Shown here piece by piece: positions 55,273-63,660 of a stretch of DNA of 64,000 nucleotides. The stretch is taken from contig CP129490.1 of NCBI GenBank assembly GCA_030584085.1, positions 589,511 to 653,510 of the forward strand, in the 5' to 3' direction. This DNA comes from Melioribacteraceae bacterium. Lineage in GTDB: Bacteria; Bacteroidota; Ignavibacteria; Ignavibacteriales; Melioribacteraceae. The notes beneath the pieces were generated by a model. The model saw only the letters and a list, made by a program, of their open reading frames with translations, ran no database searches and was not told where the DNA came from. The stretch's first letter is position 1. Every line of letters starts with the position of its first letter. Made by a program: the position numbers and the translations under genes.

Positions 55273-57834
55273 ATGAAATTTTACTTAAACGGAATTGAAA
55301 AAGAATACAACGGTGTTCCTAAGCAATCATTGCTTAGTTTTCTGCGCAACGAAGAAGGAATAACAACAGTAAAAGATGGCTGCTCGCCTCAAGGTGGATG
55401 CGGTGCCTGCTCGGTTTTAATCGACGGCAAAGGGAGATTATCCTGCACAACTTTTATGGAACGCTTGGAAGGAAAAGAAATTGTAACTCCCGATGGATTG
55501 GATGATTACACTAAGCGCGTTTTCACGAATGCATTTGTTGAAAAAAGCGGAGTGCAGTGCGGATTCTGTATTCCGGGAATTGTAATGCAGTCGGTTGCAC
55601 TGCTGAAGAAGAAACCAAATCCAACTCGAACTGAAATTGCTACGGGATTACAATCAAACATTTGCCGCTGCACCGGTTATAAAAAAATAATAGATTCTGT
55701 TGAATACGCTGCAGAAGCGATTCGTGAATTAAAAGAAATACCAATACCCGAAATAAAGCAAACAGGAGTCGGTAAAAGATATCCTAAATATAATGCTGAA
55801 AATATGGTTCTTGGATTCAGTCCATACGTTGAAGATGTAAAGTTAGAAGGCATGGTTTACGGTGCATTAAAGTTCAGTGATCACCCTAGAGCAAAGGTTT
55901 TATCGATTGATATTACAAAAGCAGAAAAACTAGATGGTGTAGAGAAAATTGTAACTGCAAAAGATATTCCCGGCACAAGAAATACAGGCTTGATTGTGCA
56001 TGATTGGCCGATGATGGTTGATATCGGAGAAGAAACGCGATACATCGGAGATGTTTTGGCTATTGCTGTTGCAGAGAACGAAGCAATTGCACGAGAAGCT
56101 GCAAAACTCATCAAAATTGAATACGAAGTTTTAAAACCGGTAACTGATCCTTTCGAAGCAATTAAAAATGATGCGCCTCAAATTCATTCAACCGGAAATA
56201 TTTTATCAACGACGGAAATTCATCGGGGCGATACCGACAAAGCAATTAATGAATCTTCATTTGTTTCGAAAGGAAGATACACTACACAAATTATTGAACA
56301 CGGTTACATAGAAACCGAATGTTCTGTTGCAAAACCTGAAGAGGGTGGAGTTGAAATTCTCTCACAAGGACAAGGTGTTTACGAGGACAGAAAACAAATT
56401 GCAAAGGTATTAAATCTACCTGAAGAAAAAGTTAGAGTGATACTTGTTCCGAACGGCGGCGGATTCGGCGGCAAAGAAGATTTATCCGTTCAGCATCACG
56501 CAGCACTCTGTGCATTTCTTCTTGATAAACCAGTCAAAGTAAAGCTAAATAGAGATGAATCAGTTCGTATGCATCCTAAACGTCATCCGCTAATAATGGA
56601 TTATACATTAGCTTGCGATAAAGACGGAATGCTGACAGCAATTAAAGCCGATATAATTGGAGATACAGGAGCTTATGCTTCAGTAGGAATGAAAGTTTTG
56701 GAAAGAGCTGCCGGACATGCAACCGGAGCTTATTCAATTCCTAATGCCGATATAGTTAGTAAAGCAGTATATACTAATAATATCCCATGTGGTGCAATGC
56801 GTGGCTTCGGAGTCAACCAAGTTACATTCGCTATTGAAAACTGCATAGACGATCTCTGCGAACAAGGCGGATTTGATAGATGGCAATTTAGATATAATAA
56901 TGCATTAGTTGATGGCGGAGTTGCTTCAACCGGACAAATATTAAAAGGGGGAACGGGCGTAAGAGAAACATTGCTTGCGGTTAAAGATCAATTCTATAAC
57001 GCAAATTATGCCGGCATTGCCTGCGGGATTAAAAACACTGGAATCGGAAACGGAATGCCTGATGACGGAGTTGTGAAAATTGAAATTGTATCGAAAGATA
57101 AAGTTATACTTCATCACGGCTGGACGGAAATGGGGCAGGGCGTAAACACAATGGCTGTTCAATTTTTGTGCAATGAAACCGGTATCGATCCGAGTATAAT
57201 TGAAGTAAAGGTCGATACAAAAATTAACGCAACAGCAGGAATGACAACCGCATCACGTGCTACATCAATCATAGGGAATGCAATTATTGAAGCATCAAAA
57301 AAATTAAAAGAAGATTTGGAGAATTCTGATTTATCCGAATTGAGCGGGAAAATTTACGAAGGGAAATGGATTTGCGACTGGACGACAAAACCGGGCGCTA
57401 CCGATAAAGATATAATTACTCATTACTCTTACAGTTATGCAACTCAAGTAGTTATACTGGATGATAACGGAGAGATTGAAAAAGTAATTGCAGCGCACGA
57501 TGCGGGAAAAATTATTAATCCGAATTTGTTTGAAGGACAGATTGAAGGTTCGGTTCATATGGGGTTAGGTTATGCTATTTCTGAAGAACTTGTGTTGAAA
57601 GACGGTTTCCCGGTGAGTACAAATTTCAGAGACTTAGGAATACTTCGAGCAAGAGAAATGCCGGAAGTTGAAGTGATAGGAGTTGAGGTGAAAGATCCAA
57701 TCGGTCCGCACGGGGCAAAGGGAGTCGGAGAAATCGGCTTAGTTCCAACTGCGGGTGCAGTTGCAAATGCTTTTTACCAGTTTGATAAGCAGAGATATTT
57801 TACATTACCAATTAAAAAGCGAATTAAGAATTAG
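55273..57834 (+). CDS. xdhD: Fused [2Fe-2S]/molybdopterin molybdenum hydroxylase (XdhD / selenium-dependent Mo-hydroxylase-like; no FAD domain)
   Basis: 853 aa. Motifs: CSPQGGCGACSV, CGFCIPG, CRCTGY, GGGFGGKED, MRGFGVNQ, AKGVGEIG. Follows the ygfK-like gene. Confidence 0.8.
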   Translation: MKFYLNGIEKEYNGVPKQSLLSFLRNEEGITTVKDGCSPQGGCGACSVLIDGKGRLSCTTFMERLEGKEIVTPDGLDDYTKRVFTNAFVEKSGVQCGFCIPGIVMQSVALLKKKPNPTRTEIATGLQSNICRCTGYKKIIDSVEYAAEAIRELKEIPIPEIKQTGVGKRYPKYNAENMVLGFSPYVEDVKLEGMVYGALKFSDHPRAKVLSIDITKAEKLDGVEKIVTAKDIPGTRNTGLIVHDWPMMVDIGEETRYIGDVLAIAVAENEAIAREAAKLIKIEYEVLKPVTDPFEAIKNDAPQIHSTGNILSTTEIHRGDTDKAINESSFVSKGRYTTQIIEHGYIETECSVAKPEEGGVEILSQGQGVYEDRKQIAKVLNLPEEKVRVILVPNGGGFGGKEDLSVQHHAALCAFLLDKPVKVKLNRDESVRMHPKRHPLIMDYTLACDKDGMLTAIKADIIGDTGAYASVGMKVLERAAGHATGAYSIPNADIVSKAVYTNNIPCGAMRGFGVNQVTFAIENCIDDLCEQGGFDRWQFRYNNALVDGGVASTGQILKGGTGVRETLLAVKDQFYNANYAGIACGIKNTGIGNGMPDDGVVKIEIVSKDKVILHHGWTEMGQGVNTMAVQFLCNETGIDPSIIEVKVDTKINATAGMTTASRATSIIGNAIIEASKKLKEDLENSDLSELSGKIYEGKWICDWTTKPGATDKDIITHYSYSYATQVVILDDNGEIEKVIAAHDAGKIINPNLFEGQIEGSVHMGLGYAISEELVLKDGFPVSTNFRDLGILRAREMPEVEVIGVEVKDPIGPHGAKGVGEIGLVPTAGAVANAFYQFDKQRYFTLPIKKRIKN

Positions 57835-57843
57835 GTGTTTGGC

Positions 57844-57992
57844 AATGGGGCTGAGTCCCAATTAGTTCTTCTGTTGAATTATTATCCATCGCTTAAAAGC
57901 GAAGACAATGAATAGCGAATTGAGAATTATAATTGCCGTTGGCTTTAGCCAACGGAATATTTAGGTGAAAATTATTGGGCTTTAGCCCCATT
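57844..57992. repeat. Cluster of four small hairpin (REP-like) elements between convergent xdhD and mocA
   Basis: 57844-57863 is TGGGGCT-GA-GTCCCA. 57889-57902 is TCGCTT-AA-AAGCGA. 57931-57958 is AATTG-CCGTTGGCT-TT-AGCCAACGG-AAT. 57974-57992 is GGGCT-TT-AGCCC. TTAGGTG..TGGG(G)CT..AG(Y)CCCA(A)TTAG occurs as a direct repeat at both ends. Confidence 0.75.
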
Positions 57993-58593
57993 AGGTCAAG
58001 TTATTCTTAGTCCTTTTATAATCTTTGGGAGAATCTAAATCCTGAAAAATCAAATCGGTATCACACTCCCAAAATTTCTTTTTAATTGAATTATCTTGTG
58101 TAACATCACGAAGTGTCTTATCAATACTGATTTCCAGAATTTTATGCTTTACGAAATCATCAAATAGAATTGGGTGACCTTTTCTATTGTTATACTTTGG
58201 TTGAATCCAGTTAAATTGCTTATCAATTTGTTGAATAAAATCAGAATAAAAACTTAACGGTAAACTTGGTTGATCTACAAAGTGATAAAGATGCCATTGA
58301 GAATTTGCTTCATTTATACCAGCTTGAAGAGACGTGAACATTCCCGATTGATAATTTTCGTTGAATACAAATCTCAACTTCTCTTTCTGTTTAATTGAAT
58401 TCAAATTCTCTTCAATTTCATTCGATTTAAATCCGGTTACAATTATTACTTCATCACAAACTTGTATAAGTTTTCCAGCAATATTTTGAATGAAAGTCTT
58501 ACCATCGTTTAATTTTAACAATGGCTTAAAACTGTTCATTCTACCGGAGAGTCCGGCGGTTAAAATTATTCCGGTTATAGAGTGGTGCATCAT
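57991..58593 (-). CDS. mocA: MobA/MocA-like nucleotidyltransferase (molybdenum cofactor cytidylyltransferase, YgfJ-like)
   Basis: 200 aa. N-terminal ITGIILTAGLSGRM. The start abuts the upstream stop. Confidence 0.7.
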   Translation of the reverse strand: MMHHSITGIILTAGLSGRMNSFKPLLKLNDGKTFIQNIAGKLIQVCDEVIIVTGFKSNEIEENLNSIKQKEKLRFVFNENYQSGMFTSLQAGINEANSQWHLYHFVDQPSLPLSFYSDFIQQIDKQFNWIQPKYNNRKGHPILFDDFVKHKILEISIDKTLRDVTQDNSIKKKFWECDTDLIFQDLDSPKDYKRTKNNLT

Positions 58594-59847
58594 TTAATTA
58601 ACTTTAATCAAAAAACTTTTCCATTCATTAGTGCTTTTAACAGACAGCTTTTCATTCCACTTTTTTAATGCCTCAAAATCTTTTAAACCACTACCTGTTA
58701 TAAGCAACATTACTTTTTCGTCTTTTTCAAATTTGTCTTTCACTTTTTGATAACCAGCGAAAGTTGAAGCACACGAAGGTTCAACAAGTAAACCGGTTTT
58801 ATAAGCGAGTATCTTTTGAGAAGAAAGTATTTCCTCATCGCTGACTTTAATTCCAAATCCATTTGATTGTTTTACTGCATTTACTGCCATAAAAAGATTC
58901 CGAGGAGCACCCGCGCTGATGCTGTCTGCAATTGTATTTGCCGGTTTATATTCAAATCTATTAGAAGAAAAATGATCAACAACAGCGCAGCTACCTTCTG
59001 CTTGAACTGCAATAAGTTTTGGAAGTCTTTCAATTATGCCGAGCTTTTTCAACTCAAGAAAACCTTTGTAAATTCCGCTTATAATAACACCATCCCCAAC
59101 CGGGACAAAAATGTAATCAGGCAAATTCCCATTTGTATTAATAAAAATATCATAGGCTGCCGATTTCTTTCCTTCAATTGTTAATGGATTGTAAGCGGTG
59201 TTCCGGTTATACCAATTGTTTTTTGTTGAAACTTCCAGACACAAATCAAACGCTTGGTCGTAGTCTCCGTCAACTATATAAATATTTGCACCGTAGGATT
59301 GAATTTGAATTCGTTTAGCCTCGGGAATGTTTTTCGGAACGAAGATGTGTGAAGTTATTCCAAGTCTAGCACAAATACCCGCTAGCGAAGAACCGGCGTT
59401 TCCGGTAGAAGCTGCAGCAATTTCATTAATTCCAAGTTCTTTAGCTTTAAGTGCGACTAAAATTGAAGCACGATCTTTGTAAGAATAAGTTGGATTTCTA
59501 GTTTCATCTTGAAAATATAATTCTCTTCCATCAATATTATATTTCAATATTTGATTAGACGGAAGAGATAGTTTATATAAATCATTTTTATCAATCTTAT
59601 TAAATTCAACCGGCCAAAGATCAGGATAATCCCATATTTTACCGGCTATAAAACTGAGTAATTTGTCTTTACTGTAATTAGCTATTAGACTTTCATAATC
59701 ATATCCAATTGTAAGAACACCTTTTAGTGGTTGGTTCTTTTCACAGCTTCCGCAATCGGGACATAGGTAAATCATTTTTGATTCTATTAATGCAGAATCA
59801 AATTCTGTGTTGCAGTCTTTGCATATATATTTATAATTTATATTCAT
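58594..59847 (-). CDS. PLP-dependent fold-type-II enzyme, threonine-synthase-like, with N-terminal zinc ribbon
   Basis: 417 aa. Zinc ribbon CKDCNTEF...CPDCGS. PLP-lysine motif YSYKDRAS. Also ASTGNAGSSLAG. Unlike the TDGNHGRG motif of E. coli YgeX as I remember it. Confidence 0.7.
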   Translation of the reverse strand: MNINYKYICKDCNTEFDSALIESKMIYLCPDCGSCEKNQPLKGVLTIGYDYESLIANYSKDKLLSFIAGKIWDYPDLWPVEFNKIDKNDLYKLSLPSNQILKYNIDGRELYFQDETRNPTYSYKDRASILVALKAKELGINEIAAASTGNAGSSLAGICARLGITSHIFVPKNIPEAKRIQIQSYGANIYIVDGDYDQAFDLCLEVSTKNNWYNRNTAYNPLTIEGKKSAAYDIFINTNGNLPDYIFVPVGDGVIISGIYKGFLELKKLGIIERLPKLIAVQAEGSCAVVDHFSSNRFEYKPANTIADSISAGAPRNLFMAVNAVKQSNGFGIKVSDEEILSSQKILAYKTGLLVEPSCASTFAGYQKVKDKFEKDEKVMLLITGSGLKDFEALKKWNEKLSVKSTNEWKSFLIKVN

Positions 59848-59854
59848 CTATCGG

Positions 59855-60859
59855 TTACATCGTCAAAGACATAATAGCTTTAGCAGTATGCAGTCGGTTT
59901 TCTGCTTCGTCAAAAACCACTGAAATATTTGGATCATCCAAAATTTCATCTGTTACTTCGTGATTTCTATCTGCCGGAAGTGCGTGCATAAGTTTTACAT
60001 TTTTATCTGCTAACTTTATTCTTCTATCATCACAAATCCAATCGTGATACTTTTCCAAATTTACTTTCATTTCTTTTTTGCATTCGTCTTCATTGTCGAG
60101 ATATTCCTGCACACCGTAAGCTCCAAAACCGCCCCAGTTTTTAGGAATAACTACATGTGCACCTTCAAACGCTTCGTCCATGTTATTAGTGAAACTAATT
60201 TTAGTCCCGTTTTCGTCTGCACGTTTCCTTGCTCTTTCAACAATGTTTTTGCTCAAAGGAAATTCTTTCGGATGAGCAATTGTTAAATCGATTCCAAATC
60301 TCGGGAAAAGTAAAGCTTGTGTCTGTGGAACTGACAAAGGTTTTGAGTGTGTATCTGCGTAGGCCCATGAAACAGTAACTTTTAATCCGCGCGGATCGTT
60401 TCCGAATTTTTCAAATATTGTCATTAAATCTGCAAGTCCTTGAAACGGATGATAAATATCATCTTGTAATGACATTATCGGTTTTGTAGAATGCTTTGAC
60501 ATTTCTGCTAAGTAATCAGCACCGATTCCGTAAAAGCAATTTCTAGAAGCAATTCCGTGACCCATTCTTGATAAAATTATTGCCGTATCTTTTGCAGATT
60601 CGCCGTGTGATAATTGCATTTTATCGGCTGTTAAATCGTGTGCATGACCGCCGAGTTGTGTCATTCCTGCTTCCATTGAGTTTCTTGTGCGGGTTGACTG
60701 TTCAAAGAAAATCATAAACAAAGTTTTGTGAGGAAGGTAAAGATGTGGTTTTTCTTCATAGAATTCTTTCTTTAATTCAAATGATCTTTTGAATACAACA
60801 TCTAATTCTTCTTTTGTCCAATCATCACAAGTTAAAAAGTGCTTTCCTTTTAGATTCAT
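59855..60859 (-). CDS. ygeW: Carbamoyltransferase (ATCase/OTCase superfamily; YgeW-like by context)
   Basis: 334 aa. Motifs: FEQSTRTRNS, HPFQGLADL, MHALPADRN. Context includes ygeY, ssnA and hyuA homologues. Confidence 0.65.
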   Translation of the reverse strand: MNLKGKHFLTCDDWTKEELDVVFKRSFELKKEFYEEKPHLYLPHKTLFMIFFEQSTRTRNSMEAGMTQLGGHAHDLTADKMQLSHGESAKDTAIILSRMGHGIASRNCFYGIGADYLAEMSKHSTKPIMSLQDDIYHPFQGLADLMTIFEKFGNDPRGLKVTVSWAYADTHSKPLSVPQTQALLFPRFGIDLTIAHPKEFPLSKNIVERARKRADENGTKISFTNNMDEAFEGAHVVIPKNWGGFGAYGVQEYLDNEDECKKEMKVNLEKYHDWICDDRRIKLADKNVKLMHALPADRNHEVTDEILDDPNISVVFDEAENRLHTAKAIMSLTM

Positions 60860-60886
60860 TGTTGCTCCTAAATGTAAAATTTAGTT

Positions 60887-61048
60887 AATTGCCGTCCACT
60901 TCTCCCTTAGGGATGGCTATGCCAAGTGGACGGAGAAAATATTTCCAATCTATATGGACTTTAGTCCCATTCAAGATTGCATTATGGGGCTAAAGCCCAA
61001 TTATATTTAAGTGTGTTTGTATTCCGTCGGTTAAAACCGACGGCAATT
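60887..61048. repeat. Second cluster of four hairpin (REP-like) elements between ygeY-like and ygeW-like genes
   Basis: 60887-60937 is AATTG-CCGTCCACTT-22 nt-AAGTGGACGG. 60954-60971 is GGACT-TT-AGTCC. 60981-61003 is GGGCT-AA-AGCCC. 61021-61048 is CCGTCGGTT-AA-AACCGACGG-CAATT. These are the same two families as at 57844-57992, some inverted. Confidence 0.75.
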
Positions 61049-61062
61049 TGTTCTATTTCTAA

Positions 61063-62250
61063 TCAATAACTCATAGCAAACAAAGCATAGAACGCTGATG
61101 CTTTTACAAGATGTTCAATCGGGACTTTCTCGTTTGGTGCGTGTGCTAAAACTTCATTGCCGGGACCAAAACCTATAACTGGGATTTTGTAATAACCGTT
61201 AATCGTTACACCGTTTGTGGAGAAAGTCCATTTATCAACCTTTGGATCAGCTTCAAATAATTGTTTGTACACATCAACCCCTTTTAGAACCAACGGATGA
61301 TCTTCTTCAAGTTTCCAAGTCGGATAATATTTTTCCATTCCGTATTCAAAACCGGTGTATGCTTTGGTTTTATAATCGAGTAAGAATGCTATAGCTTTCA
61401 TATTCTTAATAATTTCATTTACTTGGGAAAGAGCTAATTTGCGGTCTTCACCCCAAGTCAATCTGCGATCCATATGAATTTTAGCATAATCGGAAACGGC
61501 GCAAAGTGAAGGACTATTAGAAATAAACTCGGTGACAGTTATACTTCCTTTACCGAGGAATTCATCAGTGTCAAATTTTTCGTGAAGTTTTTCAATTTCG
61601 AGTGCTGCTTTCGATGCCATATAAATTGCGTTCTTTCCTCGTTCGGGTGCCGAACCGTGCGAAGAAATACCGAAAAACTCAGCGTTCATTTCCATTCTTC
61701 CGCGATGACCGCGATAAATATTTAAATTTGTCGGCTCAGTAATTATCACGGCATCCGGTTTTAAGTTTTCTTCTTCAACAAGATACTTCCAACACAAGCC
61801 GTCGCAGTCTTCTTCCATAACTGTTCCGGTTACGTATAAAGTTATGTCGTTTGTTAATCCAAGTTCTTTTAAAATTTTTCCGGCAGTAACAGCAGCAACA
61901 GGACCGCCTTTCTGATCAACGCTTCCGCGTCCGTGAACAAATCCGTCTTTTATCTCGCCACCGAGCGGATCGAAATTCCAGTTATCCAAATTTCCCATAT
62001 CAACTGTATCAATGTGTCCGTCGATTGCAATTATTTTTTTACCGTTACCGATTCGTCCAATCACGTTCCCTAGTTTATCAATTCTTACTTCATCAAAACC
62101 GGCTTCATTCATTTGTCTTTGCAATTCATCTGCCGCATCTTTTTCTTGTGTGCTTAGTGATTTTTTTTGAATCAACTTTGATAAGTTTTCAGCTGAATAA
62201 TCTTGATAATTTTCAGCTAACTTGTTTACTTCTTTTGCAATGTTTTCCAT
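61063..62250 (-). CDS. ygeY: M20-family metallohydrolase (YgeY-like)
   Basis: 395 aa. Motifs: IDGHIDTV, GRGSVDQKG, EEDCDG. Cluster context. Confidence 0.7.
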   Translation of the reverse strand: MENIAKEVNKLAENYQDYSAENLSKLIQKKSLSTQEKDAADELQRQMNEAGFDEVRIDKLGNVIGRIGNGKKIIAIDGHIDTVDMGNLDNWNFDPLGGEIKDGFVHGRGSVDQKGGPVAAVTAGKILKELGLTNDITLYVTGTVMEEDCDGLCWKYLVEEENLKPDAVIITEPTNLNIYRGHRGRMEMNAEFFGISSHGSAPERGKNAIYMASKAALEIEKLHEKFDTDEFLGKGSITVTEFISNSPSLCAVSDYAKIHMDRRLTWGEDRKLALSQVNEIIKNMKAIAFLLDYKTKAYTGFEYGMEKYYPTWKLEEDHPLVLKGVDVYKQLFEADPKVDKWTFSTNGVTINGYYKIPVIGFGPGNEVLAHAPNEKVPIEHLVKASAFYALFAMSY

Positions 62251-62253
62251 AAA

Positions 62254-63579
62254 TCATCTCAACTTTTTGAATTCTTTGAATAATCTTTCACCTTGTTTAT
62301 AAATTTCTTTTTGAACTTCTGATTCGTTTATTCCAATTAGTCTTTTATCCTTCATTAAAAACTTTCCACCTTTTACTGTTGATGAAACTTGACTTTCGGC
62401 TATGCCGTAAATGTAATGTCCCCAAAAATTATTTTTATTGAAAGGGGTAGGAGGTACATAATCCCAAATAATGAAATCGGCTTTATCGTTTTTGTTTAGT
62501 GTTGAAAAACCGGGGAAAAACTTTTTAACAAATTTTATTTGATTGAAATAAGTATAGATCACTCTTTCGAAAGCTTCATCAGAAGATAGACCGGAATGTC
62601 TCATCAATAAGAAAAATGTCTTCAAAGTTTTAGCCGGATCAGCATGCATTCCGTCTGTACCGCATAGTATTATCTGTTCTTTGGGAATATTATTAAAATT
62701 TGGAACTCCGACAGAGTTATTAAGATTTGAATCCGGGTTGAAAGCAATTGCGCTTCCGTACTCGTAGATTTTTTTATACTCAGATTTAGTTAAATGAATT
62801 GCATGTGATATAATGCTTTTATCGTTAAGTAGATTGTACTTTATTAATCGTGTTAACGGAAGATTACCGAATTTATCTTTACTGATTTTTCTATCTGCCG
62901 GATCTTCGCATAAGTGAATGTGAATTCCCAAATCGTTTTCGTTAATGAAATCAGATACGGTTTTTAGAGTATCATTGTTGAACGTAAATGAAGCGTGAAG
63001 TCCGAAAAGATATTTTATGTCCGGATCAACAAAATCTATTCTCGAACTGTTTTCAATTATGCCTTCGGTTTTTAGCAATTCTCCGTTTCTATCTGATGTT
63101 TCAAAAGCCAAAACACCATTCAATTTTCTTTTACGAAGCACGTCACCTATTACATCCAAACTGCCGATTGTATTTCTCGGTGATGCGTGATGATCAAAAA
63201 TATAAGTAACACCGTTCTTAATTGATTCAAGCGAAGCCATTTCGGCGGATGCACTTGTCATTTCGTGATCGAGTGAGCAATCGAGTTTCCACCAAAGATT
63301 CTTGAGAATGTTGATGAAGTTGTCAGTCGGCCCGCTTATAGGTAAACCTTTTGATAAACGTGAATAAATGTGTTCGTGAAAATTTACATTAGGGATAGTG
63401 ATTACTTTCCCTTTAGCATCGTAAGCATTTTTATCGATCCTAGTTTTTCCATTTAAATAATCATACCAGTTTTTCTTTTTTATCTCTTTGATTTTACCAT
63501 CGGATAAAATCAAATCACCGAAAACCGGAGAAATTGAATTCTTTTTTATACTGCATATCCAAGCGTTAGCAATTTTCAT
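62254..63579 (-). CDS. ssnA: Amidohydrolase-superfamily enzyme (SsnA-like)
   Basis: Likely start is ATG 63579 (MKIANAWICS). The 24-codon upstream extension in the track ORF reads through an intergenic palindrome. HxH motif NFHEHIYS. Cluster context. Confidence 0.65.
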   Translation of the reverse strand: MKIANAWICSIKKNSISPVFGDLILSDGKIKEIKKKNWYDYLNGKTRIDKNAYDAKGKVITIPNVNFHEHIYSRLSKGLPISGPTDNFINILKNLWWKLDCSLDHEMTSASAEMASLESIKNGVTYIFDHHASPRNTIGSLDVIGDVLRKRKLNGVLAFETSDRNGELLKTEGIIENSSRIDFVDPDIKYLFGLHASFTFNNDTLKTVSDFINENDLGIHIHLCEDPADRKISKDKFGNLPLTRLIKYNLLNDKSIISHAIHLTKSEYKKIYEYGSAIAFNPDSNLNNSVGVPNFNNIPKEQIILCGTDGMHADPAKTLKTFFLLMRHSGLSSDEAFERVIYTYFNQIKFVKKFFPGFSTLNKNDKADFIIWDYVPPTPFNKNNFWGHYIYGIAESQVSSTVKGGKFLMKDKRLIGINESEVQKEIYKQGERLFKEFKKLR

Positions 63580-63598
63580 AATTCTCTCAAATTTATAT

Positions 63599-63660
63599 AC
63601 CGCCAAGACGCAGAGACGCAAAGAAAAAGTAATCCCTTTGCGCCTTAGCAACTCTGCGGT
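63599..63660. repeat. Imperfect palindrome between the hydantoinase-like and ssnA-like genes
   Basis: ACCGC..GCAGAG.CGCAAAG (63599-63623) pairs with CTTTGCG..CTCTGCGGT (63636-63660). The inner 7-bp and outer 5-bp stems are perfect; the middle is imperfect. Confidence 0.55.
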
